Translations under genes and position numbers: made by a program
Part shown: in pieces, positions 59,906 through 64,000 of the stretch
Layout of the letters: every line of letters begins with the position of its first letter
Numbering within the stretch: the first letter of the stretch is position 1
Source: the human T2T-CHM13v2.0 reference genome, Homo sapiens
Assembly (NCBI RefSeq): GCF_009914755.1
Contig: NC_060948.1
Reading direction: 5' to 3' (one strand)
DNA length: 64,000 nt
The notes under the pieces: model-generated
The model's database searches: none
Seen by the model: the letters and a program-made list of their open reading frames with translations, nothing else
Told to the model about the DNA's origin: nothing

Positions 59906-61741
59906 CAGACAATGAAAAAAGCAAAGTACCGAATTTAAAAAAAATGGAAAATCACATAGCCTTCAAAAACCTTTTCAGAATATTTTCAAAACTCTCAATT
60001 CTCAGCAATAACAAAACTAGTGAGTCAATTTAAACATGGGCAAAATATATGAGCAGACGCTTAACCAAAAATAAATACACATGGCAAATAAATGCATAAA
60101 AAGATATACAATGGCATTAGATTAAAAACATAATGAGATACCACTACATACCTATTAGAATTGGTGAAATTTACAAAAATAATTAACAATCACCAGTGCT
60201 AACAAACATGCAAAGTTACAGGAATGTTTATACATTGGTGGGCAGAATATAAAAGGATACAGTTCCTCTGATAAACAATTTCAAAATTTCATATATATTT
60301 GAAGATACACTTAGTGTATAACCAAGCAATCCCACTTCTAGGTCTCTACCATAGAAAATGAAAACTTACATCTATACAAATGTTTGTACATGAATGTTTG
60401 TAGCAGAATTTTTATAATTGCCCCAAATTTAAAACAATTTAAATACTGTGTACATAAACGTATATAACGATTTTATTCATAACTTCCAAAAACTGAAAAT
60501 AAGTAAGAAATCCTTCAACAATTTAATTCATGGACAAATTATGGTACATCCATGCAATGGAATACTATGTAGTCACAAAAAGAATTAACTCTTAATACAT
60601 TCCATGACATGGATAAATTATGCACTACCATGAATAAAAGAAGCTTCTTTCAAAATATTACATACGATTTCATTTCTTTACCATTCTGGAAAATATTTAA
60701 AAAATATACATAGGAATGGAAAACAGAGTAGGGCTTATCAGATATTAGGGACAGAGGAAGGGTTTGACCTCAGAGGGATAGCATAAGCAGATTTTTTAGG
60801 GTGAATGAAATTATTCTGTGTCATTTTTGTCATTTGTCATTACACATATGCATGCAAGTACCAAAACTCATATAACTTTACATTGAAATTATACAATGTA
60901 TTGCATATAAATGTTTGAAAAAATTTAAAAAACTAAGTGCAAAAGAAGCCACTGTGTATTGTATTCATCCTATTGATTTTGGCTGTCTAGGCAATTTGGG
61001 CAAATCATTCTGTGAACACCTAAAAATCTTAGACAGAATATAAAAACTATCACTTAAAATAATTGGGGGAGGATAGAACAAGGCAGTGAGAAATTACAGT
61101 GCAAAGATGTGAAAGCAGAAAAAAATCAGAAAAGTGAAACAAGTTTTGGAGCCTATTTTTTCCCCTAAGAGAAATTGCTGAGTCTTAAGAGGCTGTGAAG
61201 AAGCTGGAAAGCTGACCCATACTTCTAAAAATTTCACATTGATTTGGATTGGGATGCAAAAGAGCTAAACTGTAGGAGAAGAGTGAATAGAAATTTGATT
61301 AGATATTTATGTGACTAAAGCTTATCTGTGACTCTTTTTTTATCCTTTTAATTATATTAGTCTGGTTTGCTAGTGTCCCTAGCCTCTTCCAATCAATTCT
61401 AATCAGTCATATGAAAACAGAAGATGACATGACAAAACATTAAGTGAAATAACAATTAATAGAAACAGTCACAGAGGGCATCCAACTAACAGAATTATGA
61501 GAGAGAAACTTTAATATAATTTTGTTCAATATGCTCAAGGAAACTAAAAACAAATTTTAAATTTTAGCAAAGAACCAGAAAATATACAAATAAAAATAGT
61601 AAAACTAAAAATAATTAAAAAGGTAAAAAGCTCAGTTGATTTGTTTTGAAAACAGATAAAGCTGAAAGAGTATACCTACCAGTTTAGAATCTAAATCCAT
61701 ATATTATAACCTACAAGAATATCTTTAAAAAAGGATAATTG

Positions 61742-61990
61742 TATATTTTCACTTATAAGTGTGAGCTAAATATTGGGTACACACAGACATAAAATGAGAA
61801 AAATAGACACTGGGGGCAACTAGTGTGGGGAAAGAGGATGGGGGAAGAGTTGAAAAACTACCTACTAGGTATTATGTTTACTACCGGGGTGACAGGATCA
61901 ATTGTATCCCAAACCTCAACATCACCAAATACACTGATGTAACAAACCTGCACATGTACCCCAAATTTAAAATAAAATATGAAAAAATGC
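61742..61990 (+). mobile_element. L1PB4-like 3' end
   Basis: gttgaaaaactaccta...cccaaacctcaacatcac...aacctgcacatgtacccc. Confidence 0.8.
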
Positions 61991-62395
61991 AAAGTAGGTT
62001 GCATATTAAAATAAATAAAGAGTAACTAATAAATTTTATAAATTACAAACAGAAAATTCTTCATCCACAGATATGAATGAGAGGAAATGATAAAATATGT
62101 TTATGTTCATCAGGTAGAAGAAACATTATAATATGGTTTGGATCTGTGATTCTTATTCAGAATAAGAGAAAAATATCATTAGCATTAACCTTTAAAAATC
62201 AAGTTTGAGTGTTAGTATTTTTAGAGTAAACACTATAATACGAGGAAAAAGTGTTTAACTATCAAGCTTTTAGAAGAAGAGTGGGATGATAGCAAAAAAC
62301 ATCATTCCAAAGGCAATAAATAAGAAGCAAATGAACATAAGTCATGCAGTTAAAATTAAAAGCAAAGAGTAAAATGTTATATTTAAGTACCAATA

Positions 62396-62925
62396 CAGGA
62401 GGTCCCTCTTACCTGTGGTTATCCACTGTCAACTGCAATCCAAATATGTTAAATAGGAAATTCCAGAAATAAAGATTTCATATGTTTTAAACTGTGTACC
62501 ATTCTGAGTAACATGATGAAATTTTATGCCATCTCACTCTATCCCATCTGGGACCTGAATCATCCCTTTTTCTGGTATATCTACGGTTTAAGCTGTTTGT
62601 TACTTTGTAGACATCACCATTATCCAATTGAATATGGCAGTAATGCCATGCTTGTGTTTCCTTGAACAAAGCATATGGACCCTAAGAATAAGAGTAGTGA
62701 TGCTGGTTGTTTGGATATGACAAGGAGAAGCCATACAGTGCTTCCTTTAATGGAAAGATGAACATTCTCAAGTTAGTAAGAAAAAGAAAAGAAATCCTAT
62801 GCTAAGTTTACTAAGATTTACATAAGGATAAATCTTCCATTTGTGTAATAGTAAAGATGAAAAAAGAAATTTATGCTAGTTCTTCTATTGCACCTCAAAC
62901 TGGAAATATTACAACTACAGCACAA
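62396..62925 (+). mobile_element. MER44/Tigger7 DNA transposon fragment
   Basis: ggaaattccagaaataaa...ttctgagtaacatgatgaaat...aagagtagtgatgctgg...gcacctcaaactg. Confidence 0.8.
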
Positions 62926-62949
62926 TAGTTTATTTTGTGTTTAAATATT

Positions 62950-64000
62950 AAGCATGTAATATCATTTTAAAAACATAGAAATCATACAGCATATGCTCTT
63001 TGATCACAGTACAATTAAACTAGAAATCAGTAACAAAATGATTGTGAATAAAAGCCCATATTTTTATATTACAAAAATAGTCTACTAAATAGCTCATTGA
63101 TCAAAGAAGAAATGACATAAAATTTTAAATATTTTAAACTGAATTTACTGAAAATACTAAGTACAGAAGTTGTAGAAGGCAGCAAAGTTCATACATAGAA
63201 GATAATTTGTAGTATTAACAGATATTATAATAAAAAGACTGAAATCAATGAGATAATACATTTCAAATAATAGACAAAAACAGCAACTTAAACCTAAGAA
63301 AGTAGAAGGGAGGAATCATAAAGGTAATAATGGAAACTATTGCAATATAAAACAAGCACATAGAGATCATCCAACCCAAATTTTCCTTTTTTGAAAAGAT
63401 TAAAGTTGATAAATTTCTCAACAAAGACAGAAAATATTTAATCAAGAGTGTCAGAAAAAAAGGTACATCATTAGAGATTCAACAGATATTTAAATATAAG
63501 AGAATATTATGAGAAATCTTCATGTTAATAAATTTGTAAATTACTTAAAAAATGAGAAATTCATAGAGAAAGGCAGTTTATCAAATGTGACTTAACAAAA
63601 AGAAACTTGAATATTTCTATATTTAATGAAGAAATTAAATATGTAAGTAAAATGCTTTCTACAAAAAAATTCTAGCTTCAGGTTGTTTGACCAGTGAATT
63701 CCATTAAGTATAAGAAGAGGGCATCAGATAAATATTACATAAAATTTTCCAGAAAACAGAAAAAAATAAAATATTTTCCAAATAGTTTTAGGAGGTCAGC
63801 ATATTATTTTGTCCAGAGCATCACAAAGCCATTATCATTGAACTAAAATACAGACAATACTCTCTCATACACATAAATGAAAAGAAGCCCTAAACAAATT
63901 GTTTGCATATGGATCAATCAATATGAAACCTATTGCAATATTGGTAAAAATCTAGAAATTGCATGGCTGGCCTAATCTTTGTAATGTAATGTAACAAATC
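62950..64000 (+). mobile_element. Old L1M ORF2 fragment
   Basis: tgatcacagtacaattaaactagaaatcagtaac and following ORF2-like text. Confidence 0.7.

Overview
AT-rich primate (human/great-ape-like) genomic DNA made almost entirely of interspersed repeats: nested L1 LINEs of several ages, Alus, MIR/L2, MaLR (MLT1B, THE1A, THE1C), ERV LTRs (LTR9-like, LTR22/HML-5, LTR5/HML-2) and DNA transposons (MER2, HSMAR2, MER44). I found no intact protein-coding gene, and the ORF track is explained by repeats. The main result lies in the small islands of unique sequence. On the minus strand they hold six exon-like segments (44220-44023; 43936-43789 joined to 33964-33929; 25235-25181; 24966-24913; 16270-16040; 15280-15140). 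Their splice phases chain into one protein-like frame carrying stops, a frameshift, a dead acceptor and a ~10 kb L1MA2-like insertion inside an exon. This suggests an old unitary pseudogene that I cannot name. Other notable features are two exact inverted templated insertions at a truncated HML-5 provirus, an LTR with three octamer sites, a 0.5 kb mini-L1 and an in-frame L1 ORF1-ORF2 fusion. Repeat subfamily names come from recalled consensus sequences, not from a search.
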